Positions 1-8,424 of a stretch of 59,929 nt of DNA are shown piece after piece. This DNA is from a virus (Duplodnaviria; Caudoviricetes). Numbering within the stretch: the stretch's first letter is position 1; the number at the start of each line of letters is the position of its first letter. Under the pieces are notes generated by a model. It was not told where the DNA came from, did not search any database, and saw nothing but the letters and a program-made list of their open reading frames with translations. The DNA lies in IMG/VR virus record IMGVR_UViG_3300031839_001436, positions 1 through 59,929 of that record; one strand, written 5' to 3'. A program made the translations under genes and the position numbers.

Positions 1-91
1 TCACAATTGAGTTCATAAATACTTCTATGTCAGATAGGATGGGATGGTATTGAATCCATCCGGTGTTAGCGTGTCCTTTGACCTGCTTAAG
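1..91. repeat. Terminal direct repeat, copy 1 (circular assembly overlap)
   Basis: Bases 1-91 are identical to 59839-59929. Confidence 0.97.
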
Positions 92-463
92 ACCGCCTAC
101 ATATTGCGACGCGGGGAAGGTGCTATACACAGATAGCGTGTATTCCGTGCCGCTAACCTCTAAATCGACGCGCCATGAATTTGCATAGCCGCCTGTACGC
201 ACATAGCCGTAATCATCGGTTTGAACTTGACCGCTATTGACAAGATAGAAGTAATAACGGCGCGATTTAGGTGTTGCAAACTGAAACGGATGTACGGCGC
301 GGTTTGTCGGTTCTTGTGCGAGTAGTGGTATGTAGTCGTCTTCAATCTGAGTAGCGACTTTCAACAGGTTCTCAGAGAACGTGTCTTGCAACCCTTCTAC
401 TTCCTTCTTAGGGTTTATGTAGTCGCTAGGATCAAACGTCGCTTCGTAGTAGCTAGGTAGCAT
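1..463 (-). CDS. Neck/tail-completion protein (HK97 gp10-like), 158 aa; crosses the circular junction and ends at TAA 59827-59825
   Basis: Not in the ORF track. Hand translation from ATG 463: MLPSYYEATF...GYVRTGGYANSWRV...SQYVGGLKQVKGHANTGWIQ...SIVKRLV*. It lies between the capsid-associated genes and the head-tail adaptor. Confidence 0.7.
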   Translation of the reverse strand, partial: MLPSYYEATFDPSDYINPKKEVEGLQDTFSENLLKVATQIEDDYIPLLAQEPTNRAVHPFQFATPKSRRYYFYLVNSGQVQTDDYGYVRTGGYANSWRVDLEVSGTEYTLSVYSTFPASQYVGGLKQVKGHANTGWIQYHPILSDIEVFMNSIV

Positions 464-692
464 CGATGTGTATCAACTTTAAATACTCAACCGCATTGTT
501 GTCACGATATGATTCCCACATTTTGACACCTAGCAGATTAACACAACGTTCGCCATTGATAACCGAATAACCATTAGGTCTAATACCGAAAGCATTTTGT
601 TTCAGCATTGATTCAACATAACCACTCACTCTTGCTACGCTGTTGTAGTGATACCTGATGTATTTTTCAGCATTATCTGTGAATCGTATCAA
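453..692 (-). CDS. Hypothetical protein
   Basis: 79-aa ORF overlap-coupled to both neighbours in the head operon. Confidence 0.6.
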   Translation of the reverse strand: MIRFTDNAEKYIRYHYNSVARVSGYVESMLKQNAFGIRPNGYSVINGERCVNLLGVKMWESYRDNNAVEYLKLIHIDAT

Positions 693-1024
693 TCTTTACC
701 CTCTAGGTATGCCTGAATATCGCTTTTAGTGACCTTATCCATGCCTTTATCAACAAAGTAGGGTGTTACATCGTCTACCGTTAACATCGTCTCATTCAAG
801 AGCATAACGGCATGGGTTGTGAATTCGATTTCTGGCAACGGCTCGGATTCATGTTCAGGTTCTACATGTGTAGAATTATCCAATATGGTTGCATGTCCGT
901 TTTTCACAAGATATGCAACAATCGGCATGATAAGCGGGTCATGGTCGTCATAAATACCGGGTGGTATGAATTTCTCATTGGATTTGTACCCACGATAACC
1001 ATACTTCAATTCAATCGTTGCCAT
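689..1024 (-). CDS. Head-operon protein with a C-terminal PSBD/E3-binding-like helical motif
   Basis: C-terminus ...DKVTKSDIQAYLE resembles the PSBD consensus (G.ITKEDV.AY); downstream of the capsid genes. Confidence 0.5.
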   Translation of the reverse strand: MATIELKYGYRGYKSNEKFIPPGIYDDHDPLIMPIVAYLVKNGHATILDNSTHVEPEHESEPLPEIEFTTHAVMLLNETMLTVDDVTPYFVDKGMDKVTKSDIQAYLEGKD

Positions 1025-1027
1025 ATC

Positions 1028-1417
1028 TTATCCTTTGTAGATAACCCACACGGTTACGCATGGGTCTAGTGCATTTGTGCCTGATACATCAACATTGACC
1101 TTACTCATCAACGGTATTTTGTCGTATTGGTCAGGGTCGCTTAGCGCGTTTGCTGTGGTGTATACAGGCTCTTGTACAGGACGGTACGGAATATCTGTAT
1201 TTGTATTTGTCAGTGTTAACAGAGTTTGAGTCGGGTATCCCGTTGGCAACACGGCGGTTATTACCGTATCAGTGGTAGCAGGTGCGGACGCATGATAATT
1301 CACACGAAACCCGACAAGCTCCCCACGAATCACAATATCGCTATCTGTATCACCTTCTGCGCTACCGTCTGATCCTGTTGTTACAACTTCGATTTTGACT
1401 TCTTTTAATTCAGACAT
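1028..1417 (-). CDS. Putative virion structural (capsid decoration-like) protein
   Basis: Beta-rich, T/D/V-rich 129 aa, two genes after the MCP. Confidence 0.55.
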   Translation of the reverse strand: MSELKEVKIEVVTTGSDGSAEGDTDSDIVIRGELVGFRVNYHASAPATTDTVITAVLPTGYPTQTLLTLTNTNTDIPYRPVQEPVYTTANALSDPDQYDKIPLMSKVNVDVSGTNALDPCVTVWVIYKG

Positions 1418-1431
1418 TCCGTATCCTATTG

Positions 1432-1917
1432 TTAGCTAAATGCAACGCCTGTACCTTCTGAGACTGACGCGCCACTTGAGATGGCTTCCCAGAAAACATA
1501 GAACTCAATTTCTCCGGCGGTTGCTGCTTCGGCTGCAATCGTGTAACCGATGTCAACATTGTTCACAACGAAGTCAAGTGCGGATGTGCCGTATGCTTGC
1601 CCGATAGTCGTTGGTGTTGCGTCGTACCACAATTCACCTGCGGCTAGCGCGTCCACTTTTGTCGCTGCAATCATGCCGTCTACATCACCGTCCCAACCTA
1701 ATGAGATGGTAGCTGTATCACCACTCGTATCATCACCTGTAACGGTTACACGTGCGATAATTGCAACACGAACTAGACCAGATACCTGTGCGATTTCATG
1801 CGCGGCGGCTGTATTCCATGTCGCACTCGACAAGTCGGCTGTTACTGTGAAAGTGTTTAAGCCTGCTAAATCGTCCGGTGTTGCGTGTCCTAGTTTGAGG
1901 TTATAAAGGTCGCTCAT
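1432..1917 (-). CDS. Putative capsid decoration/cement protein
   Basis: A/T/G-rich beta-type 161 aa directly after the MCP, with a GGGGA RBS. Confidence 0.6.
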   Translation of the reverse strand: MSDLYNLKLGHATPDDLAGLNTFTVTADLSSATWNTAAAHEIAQVSGLVRVAIIARVTVTGDDTSGDTATISLGWDGDVDGMIAATKVDALAAGELWYDATPTTIGQAYGTSALDFVVNNVDIGYTIAAEAATAGEIEFYVFWEAISSGASVSEGTGVAFS

Positions 1918-1926
1918 GAGTCCCCC

Positions 1927-4278
1927 TTACACAGTCAGGTTGTAGGATACGGTAGAAGCACCCGCGCCACGTGCAATCATGCCCATTCGCATGGATACAG
2001 CGACTAAGTTAGACGCGCTGTAAATGTCGCGTGCTTGCTCGAATGTGATTTGACGTTTCCAACCCAATGCCCAATAACGGGGGTAGACACATAGGATACG
2101 TCCTAGTGTGTTGTTTGACGGTGTACCGGATATTTTACCTGCGCTGTTTGCAAGACCCATGAAACCGCTACGGACTACATCAATACCGTAGATGTTTTGG
2201 ATCACACCGCTTGTAACAGTTGCATTGGTACGTCGTACATCGTCTGTTTTGATGGCAGCAATATCAAGGCTTGCATCGTGGGTATCCGAATCAATGATAA
2301 ATACAAGATTGTCTTTATCTTCACGGATTGCCGATGGCATCAGCTTGTAGGTGAGTCGGTAGTCGTTTTCGTCCAACGTGCCACCGTCACGGCTTGTGCC
2401 TGACCCTGTAACAAGCGCGTATTTCAAGAATCCGTTTGTGGCTAGGTAGTACGGCTTGCTTGTGATTGTGCTAGACGGTGTACCATCAATCAGGTTAATG
2501 TTCGTATTGCTACCCGTTGCGCTATCGGCATTAAGTGCCAATTTATCAAGGGTTTCAAGCATGGTCGTTTGCAATTGGCGGTTTACTTGTGGCAACATCG
2601 GAATCAAGATGTCCTCAACACCAATATCGGTTATTGCAACCATCGTGACCAGTTCACCCGGTGTCAACTGAATACGCCCTGTGCCGATGCCTTGCGGTAC
2701 AACAGTCGTTTCAATTCGGGTTGTGCCGTTGTTAGCGTCAAGGTCGTTAGCTTGTTGGCGTGTAAAGACGGTAGGGTCTGCGCCTTCTGTCAATACCCAT
2801 GTCGATTCATGCCCCTGTGGGACTTCAACTTCCATCATGCCTTTAGAACGTAATGCTTCAAAGATGCGACGGTTACGCGCCTTTTCCCATAATGAGGTAC
2901 TGTAGTGTACGCCTACCCATTCATCACCTTGCCCTGCGATGTCGCTAGCATTGATTTCATCAGCTTTGAATGGTCGTGCAGATTTGACCGCTACAACATC
3001 CTCATAGGTGTTGAACTTGTCTTCTGCTTTAACCGATTTGTGTACAAGGTGGCGCAAGAATGTTTCATCGTTGGCAAATGTTCCCATCGATTTCTTACCG
3101 GGTACTTTTGCATTCGGGTTGAACGCCTTCAAAAGCATGTAGTTTGCTTGCAACTCCTCTGCGCTTAAGTGTGCATACCGCAAGTCTTCACTAACGCTAA
3201 TGTGTGGGGTCTTTTCGGTGTGCGACCCGCTTCCAACTTTGGATTTGCCGTACAGCCCTTGCAATGATTTATCCACAGCGTTATTAATCTGCGAATCGAT
3301 TTGTGCTTTTGCATCGATGGCTTTTTGTACGACCGTTGGCAATGCTTCTAGCACGGTGTCAAGATATGCTTTTGCATCTACGGTTTCGCGGTCTACCTTT
3401 TCAGAAGCCGATTTCTTTAATTCGTCTTCCATCTTGTCAATGTCTTCGTTGTCTACGTCTTCCATCTTGGATTGACGGATTTTATCGACAACGCGCTTTA
3501 CAATTTCGTCCATTTCATCGTCAGTCATTTTGAATGACTTGGTATCTTGCTCATTCATTTGTGAATCCTCTTTAGTGTTATTCGTTTTGGTGTTGCTTAA
3601 ATCACGCGATGTGTTGCCAGTGGATTCACTAACCTCTTTATGATCTTGAGTTATCATCTCAGGTTCTATGTGTGTATGGTCTGGAAACATATCGATTATT
3701 GATTTCAATGTGTGGAGTTTAGTTAATGATGGCTCGGCTGGGGTATGTGTACCGCTTGCTTCAAATACAGCCCACTTATCAATGTGACCGTCTTTGTTAA
3801 CCTGTGCAGTGTTTGGGTTTGCACCGGATGAATAGCCTAGCTTGCCAGCATGAATCAGGGATTTGATAAATCCTATTGCTTTTTCGTAGCTTTCAACGTC
3901 AAGCGGGGAGTCTTTATCGGCATACCATTGGGCAACAAACTTTTCGTATTGTTCGCGCTCGTTTAGAATCGCTTCGACCCATAGCCCGTGATCGTCTTTT
4001 TGGGCTTTTACGATACGCCCAATGGGAATATCTTTCAAACGCTTGTCTAGTCCATGATGGAATAACAATGGGAGTGAATCCAGTTGATGTGGTGTCCCCA
4101 AGTCGGTAGATTTCGTAAAATACTCATTATCTAAATCACGATTGTTATCGTCCGTGAATGTAATGAGATACCCACCGATATGATTTCCATCGTCTGACAA
4201 TGTTTTGATTGTGCTACCAAATGCGATGTTATGTGCAGTAGGTGAAGCCGATACGGTCTTGATTGCGGTGTCTGGCAT
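1927..4278 (-). CDS. Prohead protease-scaffold-major capsid protein fusion (HK97 fold)
   Basis: N-terminal HK97-type protease motifs (RDLDNEYF, LLFHHG, PIG, GLWVEA, GYSSG, EAS.T..PAEP), a helical charged middle, and a C-terminal capsid-like region (IYGIDVVRSG, RQITFEQ, AVSMRMG). Confidence 0.9.
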   Translation of the reverse strand: MPDTAIKTVSASPTAHNIAFGSTIKTLSDDGNHIGGYLITFTDDNNRDLDNEYFTKSTDLGTPHQLDSLPLLFHHGLDKRLKDIPIGRIVKAQKDDHGLWVEAILNEREQYEKFVAQWYADKDSPLDVESYEKAIGFIKSLIHAGKLGYSSGANPNTAQVNKDGHIDKWAVFEASGTHTPAEPSLTKLHTLKSIIDMFPDHTHIEPEMITQDHKEVSESTGNTSRDLSNTKTNNTKEDSQMNEQDTKSFKMTDDEMDEIVKRVVDKIRQSKMEDVDNEDIDKMEDELKKSASEKVDRETVDAKAYLDTVLEALPTVVQKAIDAKAQIDSQINNAVDKSLQGLYGKSKVGSGSHTEKTPHISVSEDLRYAHLSAEELQANYMLLKAFNPNAKVPGKKSMGTFANDETFLRHLVHKSVKAEDKFNTYEDVVAVKSARPFKADEINASDIAGQGDEWVGVHYSTSLWEKARNRRIFEALRSKGMMEVEVPQGHESTWVLTEGADPTVFTRQQANDLDANNGTTRIETTVVPQGIGTGRIQLTPGELVTMVAITDIGVEDILIPMLPQVNRQLQTTMLETLDKLALNADSATGSNTNINLIDGTPSSTITSKPYYLATNGFLKYALVTGSGTSRDGGTLDENDYRLTYKLMPSAIREDKDNLVFIIDSDTHDASLDIAAIKTDDVRRTNATVTSGVIQNIYGIDVVRSGFMGLANSAGKISGTPSNNTLGRILCVYPRYWALGWKRQITFEQARDIYSASNLVAVSMRMGMIARGAGASTVSYNLTV

Positions 4279-4304
4279 ACGTGGAATGTCCTATAAACGC
4301 AAAA

Positions 4305-4324
4305 CGCCTCGCAAAAGCGAAGCG
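4305..4324 (-). terminator. Intrinsic terminator-like hairpin in the capsid gene leader
   Basis: Minus strand CGCTTCGC-TTTT-GCGAGGCG followed by TTTTGCGTTT. Confidence 0.6.
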
Positions 4325-4365
4325 CAAGCGGTGCAAATGATTTACCTCAGTAATCCCTATACTTC

Positions 4366-4393
4366 ATTATAAACGCAAAAGATTTATTGTCAA
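4366..4393 (-). promoter_or_regulatory. sigma70-type promoter for the capsid operon (16-bp spacer)
   Basis: TTGACA-N16-TATAAT on the minus strand. Confidence 0.75.
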
Positions 4394-4461
4394 GCTTTTA
4401 ATACTAGCTATTGACATTATGTGATATAATTAGATTGTAAATTTATCTAAAAGGATTAGTT

Positions 4462-4695
4462 ATGCAACAAATCGATTTTAGCGAACATATCTTGAATCGC
4501 GTCGCAATGGACTTATACGCTAATGAGGTCGAAACGAACTTAATCCACGACAGCCACAAATTTATTGCGCGTGGTGACTACTCCACATATGTATGGTATG
4601 TGAACGCTAGCTACCTATGGGGGTTGTCTACAACCGATGCGATTAATGCGATTGTAGATGCGTTCCGTAGAACGTTTCGTCAGGTAGGTGTGTGA
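4462..4695 (+). CDS. Hypothetical protein (first gene of a plus-strand island)
   Basis: AAGGA RBS; extended -10 TGaTATAAT at 4422-4430. Confidence 0.7.
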   Translation: MQQIDFSEHILNRVAMDLYANEVETNLIHDSHKFIARGDYSTYVWYVNASYLWGLSTTDAINAIVDAFRRTFRQVGV

Positions 4696-4817
4696 TGAGC
4701 GAACTTATTCAAGTAGTGGTCAACCTTTTAGTCGTGTATGCGATAGGATACTTAATCGGGCTACTAATCGGAATATATCTCAGAGAACACGGTATTACTA
4801 ATCTATGGTGGTGGTAG
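4695..4817 (+). CDS. Small membrane peptide, 40 aa
   Basis: Hand translation MSELIQVVVNLLVVYAIGYLIGLLIGIYLREHGITNLWWW; TGATG overlap with the previous gene. Confidence 0.55.
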   Translation: MSELIQVVVNLLVVYAIGYLIGLLIGIYLREHGITNLWWW

Positions 4818-4822
4818 GCGCA

Positions 4823-4960
4823 ATGTTAACCGATAAGCAGATAGCACAGCTTAACCCCAAGACCGTATCACATGACGATATGGTGACGCTAGACCGTCTC
4901 GGATGGTCGCCTAACGATGATTGGACGGGATTCGTAAAACGAAAGGGATACGATGAATAA
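4823..4960 (+). CDS. Small hypothetical protein, 45 aa
   Basis: Hand translation MLTDKQIAQLNPK...KGYDE; fills the gap and overlaps the next ATG. Confidence 0.5.
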   Translation: MLTDKQIAQLNPKTVSHDDMVTLDRLGWSPNDDWTGFVKRKGYDE

Positions 4961-5198
4961 AGCAGATTCATACACTCAAGATTTAATCGCGCTGATGCAA
5001 TCGCAACATAACGCATCTAATGAGCTATTAGAATCGATTGCGAATAGATTGTTTTGGAGCAGTCTTGTAAACGGTAACGACGAAATAACAGACAAAATTA
5101 TAGAGGATGTTCGGGCACACTTGAAAACCGTATCCAGTGAGCTAGATACATTCGCTAAGATCAAAGGCATTAAGCTTAACAAAGTGGATAAGGGGTAG
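4953..5198 (+). CDS. Hypothetical protein
   Basis: ORF track; coupled operon; AAGGGA RBS. Confidence 0.7.
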   Translation: MNKADSYTQDLIALMQSQHNASNELLESIANRLFWSSLVNGNDEITDKIIEDVRAHLKTVSSELDTFAKIKGIKLNKVDKG

Positions 5199-5199
5199 C

Positions 5200-5496
5200 A
5201 TGTCATTTGAAGATTACGCAAACGAACAGATGCAACGGGATTTTGCGGAACAATGCTATGCAGAATCGGACAAAGAAGACCGGATAGAAATGTTTGATGA
5301 TTACGATTTAGCACATGCGATATTGTTGGACTTATTCGATGATCCTTTTGAATGGTTCACAGTTGGGTTGAACTATAGAACGCTTAGCTGTTTACAGTGG
5401 TTTGTCGATACAGGATATGCACAGGTTGGTTTCCAGCTAGGCGTTGCTAAGATTACACAATCCGGTATTCGCTACTTAGAAGATATTACAAGTTAG
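5200..5496 (+). CDS. Hypothetical protein (C-terminus possibly winged-helix-like)
   Basis: Ends ...AKITQSGIRYLE; AGGGG RBS. Confidence 0.65.
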   Translation: MSFEDYANEQMQRDFAEQCYAESDKEDRIEMFDDYDLAHAILLDLFDDPFEWFTVGLNYRTLSCLQWFVDTGYAQVGFQLGVAKITQSGIRYLEDITS

Positions 5497-5541
5497 TCGG
5501 TAACGATAACGACATTAGTAGAGATAGAGAGATAAATTGAC

Positions 5542-5814
5542 ATGAATCCAATCACAAAAATGAAAGTTATTAAACAGAAGATTGATGACCTCGAATCCAA
5601 GTTAATCTTAGAGACTTTTCCAGAAGATGAACGTAAACAAATGGTCAATGAACTAGATGAGCTTTGGACGAAATATGAGGCAATGCTGCATAACACATGG
5701 GAAGAAATTGACCCATCATCCCCCAGACTCCCTAGTGATGATGAGCGTTTGGCTGAATATCACGAACAGCAAGCCCGCAACCGACGCTATGACGAGGTGG
5801 ATACTGATGAATAA
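5542..5814 (+). CDS. Hypothetical acidic coiled-coil protein
   Basis: ORF track; position in the operon. Confidence 0.65.
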   Translation: MNPITKMKVIKQKIDDLESKLILETFPEDERKQMVNELDELWTKYEAMLHNTWEEIDPSSPRLPSDDERLAEYHEQQARNRRYDEVDTDE

Positions 5815-6154
5815 CCCACTATCCGACATAAAGCGGATTGATGTCGCTAAATTTATACTTGATGGTTGTAAGAAAATTTTGCAACAGAGAGCGAAGTCAG
5901 GGAATGACATCCACTTAAGCCGATTTGAACGATGGTTTTATACATTAAAGGCTTTGGTGTGCTGGATAATAGACAGACACCCTGACGGTATATCAACTAC
6001 CAGATTGGTTGATGAATATATAGTCGTTGCATGGCTTGAGGGTGGTACATATCAATCTCATGGTGAGCCTACTGTTCATTGGGCTGTTGGTGTATATGTA
6101 GGTTATGGGGTCTTTAGTAATTGGTACGCATTTGATTGTGGTATTAGTGATTAA
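5807..6154 (+). CDS. Hypothetical protein
   Basis: Start reassigned to ATG 5807 (MNNPLSD) after a GAGGTGG RBS. Confidence 0.65.
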   Translation: MNNPLSDIKRIDVAKFILDGCKKILQQRAKSGNDIHLSRFERWFYTLKALVCWIIDRHPDGISTTRLVDEYIVVAWLEGGTYQSHGEPTVHWAVGVYVGYGVFSNWYAFDCGISD

Positions 6155-6748
6155 TTGCCACAGCCGACTAGTAAGTTAGCCGATTGGAGTAGGCGGGTTA
6201 ATCTCGCCTACTATGCTAGCATAGACATAGCAGTGATGCTAATTCCCGTTATACGAGTGTTTCTAAAAGGTTATTTTTTAGGGCAATTTGAGTTAGAGAG
6301 GATAAATAAGGTGGAAGATGTGATTGCACAGCAACTAAATGATATTGTGCGTGGGATTAAGCAGATGATTGAAATGCACCAATATCTATTGAATGACGAT
6401 TATTCTTATCCCGCGCGCAGATGGGATGAAAAAGATGTGTTTGCGGCATTTAATGGGAGCGCATTAACCGACGATCCTGTTTACGACAGTACCCATGACC
6501 TTAGTATTTATTTGCGTGGTGTACTAGATGGTGAATATAGAATTGCTCAAAACATCTTAGGGAATTTGGAACGATACGCTGACATAGAAATTTCTGATGA
6601 ATGGGCAGAAACTTATAAACGTCGGGTTGAAAGTTTTTGGTCTGATATAGTCGGCAAAGACCTTGTATCGATACTCCGTGAATTAGGAACCGACAGCGTT
6701 GATGAGGCTCTAAAGCGAATTAAAGAGATGAAAAACGAAAGTCGCTGA
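6155..6748 (+). CDS. Hypothetical protein (start uncertain)
   Basis: 197-aa ORF followed by a terminator. Confidence 0.6.
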   Translation: MPQPTSKLADWSRRVNLAYYASIDIAVMLIPVIRVFLKGYFLGQFELERINKVEDVIAQQLNDIVRGIKQMIEMHQYLLNDDYSYPARRWDEKDVFAAFNGSALTDDPVYDSTHDLSIYLRGVLDGEYRIAQNILGNLERYADIEISDEWAETYKRRVESFWSDIVGKDLVSILRELGTDSVDEALKRIKEMKNESR

Positions 6749-6783
6749 CCACTAGTAAGTAGTTTGCCATCGCCTTATTACCC

Positions 6784-6813
6784 AGCCCCCTAAAAATTAG
6801 GGGGTACTTTTTT
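6784..6813 (+). terminator. Intrinsic terminator
   Basis: GCCCCCTAA-AAA-TTAGGGGGT followed by a T-tract. Confidence 0.8.
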
Positions 6814-6835
6814 ACAACTTCTTTACATTCCTTAC

Positions 6836-6876
6836 TTGACAATCTTGATTGATAAGTGATATAATTCAATCAAGAT
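6836..6876 (+). promoter_or_regulatory. sigma70 promoter with an 11-bp inverted-repeat operator
   Basis: TTGACA 6836, TGaTATAAT ending 6865; ATCTTGATTGA (6842-6852) and TCAATCAAGAT (6866-6876). Confidence 0.75.
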
Positions 6877-6897
6877 AAACAAACAAGGAGCGACACA

Positions 6898-7362
6898 ATG
6901 ATTGAAACAGCGAAATTCTACTACAACAAAGAATCACATATTGAACTAGCAAATCAAGTCAATGCACTGGCTGACAAAAAAGGCGTATCGGTATCACGCT
7001 GGCAAAATAATTCAAAGAATCGTGTCAAAGTTACATACCATGTCCACACAGGCGACCGTAACGACTTTGGATCACGGCAAGAAAATGTAATGCGTACTGA
7101 ATCTGATGAATCCCGACGCGGGGGTAAAATCTACGACGAAACTCAAATGATGGAATCAATTATCAAATTCCTCAATACCCTACCTGATGCTGTAGAAGAA
7201 TCCGATGACACAGATGCTTACTACAATATTGATGATCGTTATGGCGACTATGTTCATGTAACGATTGACGATTACCTAGAGTTAAATCCAGATGGCAATT
7301 TCGAGATTGGATTCAATGGGATTTATGAGGATGGAATTTTAATCGCTGAGATAGACGACTAG
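6898..7362 (+). CDS. Hypothetical protein with an acidic C-terminus
   Basis: AAGGAG RBS directly after the promoter. Confidence 0.75.
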   Translation: MIETAKFYYNKESHIELANQVNALADKKGVSVSRWQNNSKNRVKVTYHVHTGDRNDFGSRQENVMRTESDESRRGGKIYDETQMMESIIKFLNTLPDAVEESDDTDAYYNIDDRYGDYVHVTIDDYLELNPDGNFEIGFNGIYEDGILIAEIDD

Positions 7363-7441
7363 AAGCACAAACGGGAGGGCGCACACCCTCCCATCTGCTA
7401 AGATAAACGCGCTAGGATAGCGCATAGGAGGATTATAGCAC

Positions 7442-7702
7442 ATGTCGAATAATTGGGGCGGTAAACGCGAAGGAGCTGGATCAGGCGGAAAGCGCAAAGG
7501 TGCAGGACGCAAACGCACCCGCTTTACATTCAATGACGATAACTGGATTGTTGAAACATCCAAACCGGACGGACTCCCAACCCTCGCAACATGGACGTTG
7601 TTACATGTCGGGGAGCATCATATTGAGTTCCAGAACACGGAAACAGAGGAAATTATCGTTATTCAGACGGAATCGTATTACAACCTAGACAATGAAGATT
7701 AA
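7442..7702 (+). CDS. Small protein with a duplicated GGKR(E/K)GAG DNA-binding-type motif
   Basis: WGGKREGAGSGGKRKGAGRKR; AGGAGG RBS. Confidence 0.7.
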   Translation: MSNNWGGKREGAGSGGKRKGAGRKRTRFTFNDDNWIVETSKPDGLPTLATWTLLHVGEHHIEFQNTETEEIIVIQTESYYNLDNED

Positions 7703-7724
7703 CCGCTACTCAAGCGGTTTTTTG
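7701..7724 (+). terminator. Intrinsic terminator
   Basis: AACCGCT-ACTCA-AGCGGTT followed by a T-tract. Confidence 0.8.
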
Positions 7725-7913
7725 TTGCAATCAGGGGGTAGCTTAACAAAATGAAAAGAGCCGCTAAAAAGCGACCCCCACCAAATCGAGTATATGGTTT
7801 ATGTCGGCAAAACTACAACCATATATCGCAAAATTCACAATGTTGTGAAGAAGATATACAAAGTATAACTTCTTTACAAATCAATTATACAACGAAAAGA
7901 TAATATTGCAATC

Positions 7914-8204
7914 CTATTCGTCTTCTTTTTTCACAATCGGCATGAGCGACGTACCGCACTTAGGGCAACGGTGTAACGCCAAATGCACACCTTCCTCATA
8001 CAGATAGCTATTGAACGCTACCGCATCGGCTTTGCTGTCAAAATCCAGCGTTAACTGTACTTTGCTATCGCCATGCCACACATGCGAGGCATTCACGGTG
8101 TAATCGAAATGCCGCAAGATGTTCTCTAGTATTTCCGGTGTAATCACAATGCCCTCAATCGAATATGGTATGTTCTGCATCAATGTATTCTTGCGCCGAA
8201 TCAA
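7914..8204 (-). CDS. Hypothetical protein with a C-terminal CPKC motif (start possibly 8180)
   Basis: ORF track; last gene of a minus-strand block. Confidence 0.55.
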   Translation of the reverse strand: MIRRKNTLMQNIPYSIEGIVITPEILENILRHFDYTVNASHVWHGDSKVQLTLDFDSKADAVAFNSYLYEEGVHLALHRCPKCGTSLMPIVKKEDE

Positions 8205-8424
8205 CTACTGCGCCTGTGCAACTCCACTTAATGTGATACCGCCCTCGCATCGTCAATGACAGATTGAACGCATAAATCCCTGTGCTTTCATTGCTTGCGG
8301 TTGGTGTGCTAGAACTGCCATCCGGCGCAATAACCGTGACGGTGTTGCTTGTCGGATTCGTTAGCACGTTGTTGGCTTTGAATGTCGCTGTAATTTTCGG
8401 CTGTTGACCTACGTACCATGTCAT
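8155..8424 (-). CDS. Small Ig-like virion protein
   Basis: TVTVIAPDGS...STGIY...GRYHIKW pattern typical of phage Ig-like proteins. Confidence 0.6.
   Translation of the reverse strand: MTWYVGQQPKITATFKANNVLTNPTSNTVTVIAPDGSSSTPTASNESTGIYAFNLSLTMRGRYHIKWSCTGAVVDSAQEYIDAEHTIFD

Noticed and set aside
1-91. Biological terminal repeat of the virion DNA
   Set aside because: It falls in the middle of a gene and is more simply an assembler overlap; the real termini cannot be inferred from this sequence.
160-345. Track ORF of 61 aa
   Set aside because: It lies out of frame inside the longer junction-spanning gene that starts at 463.
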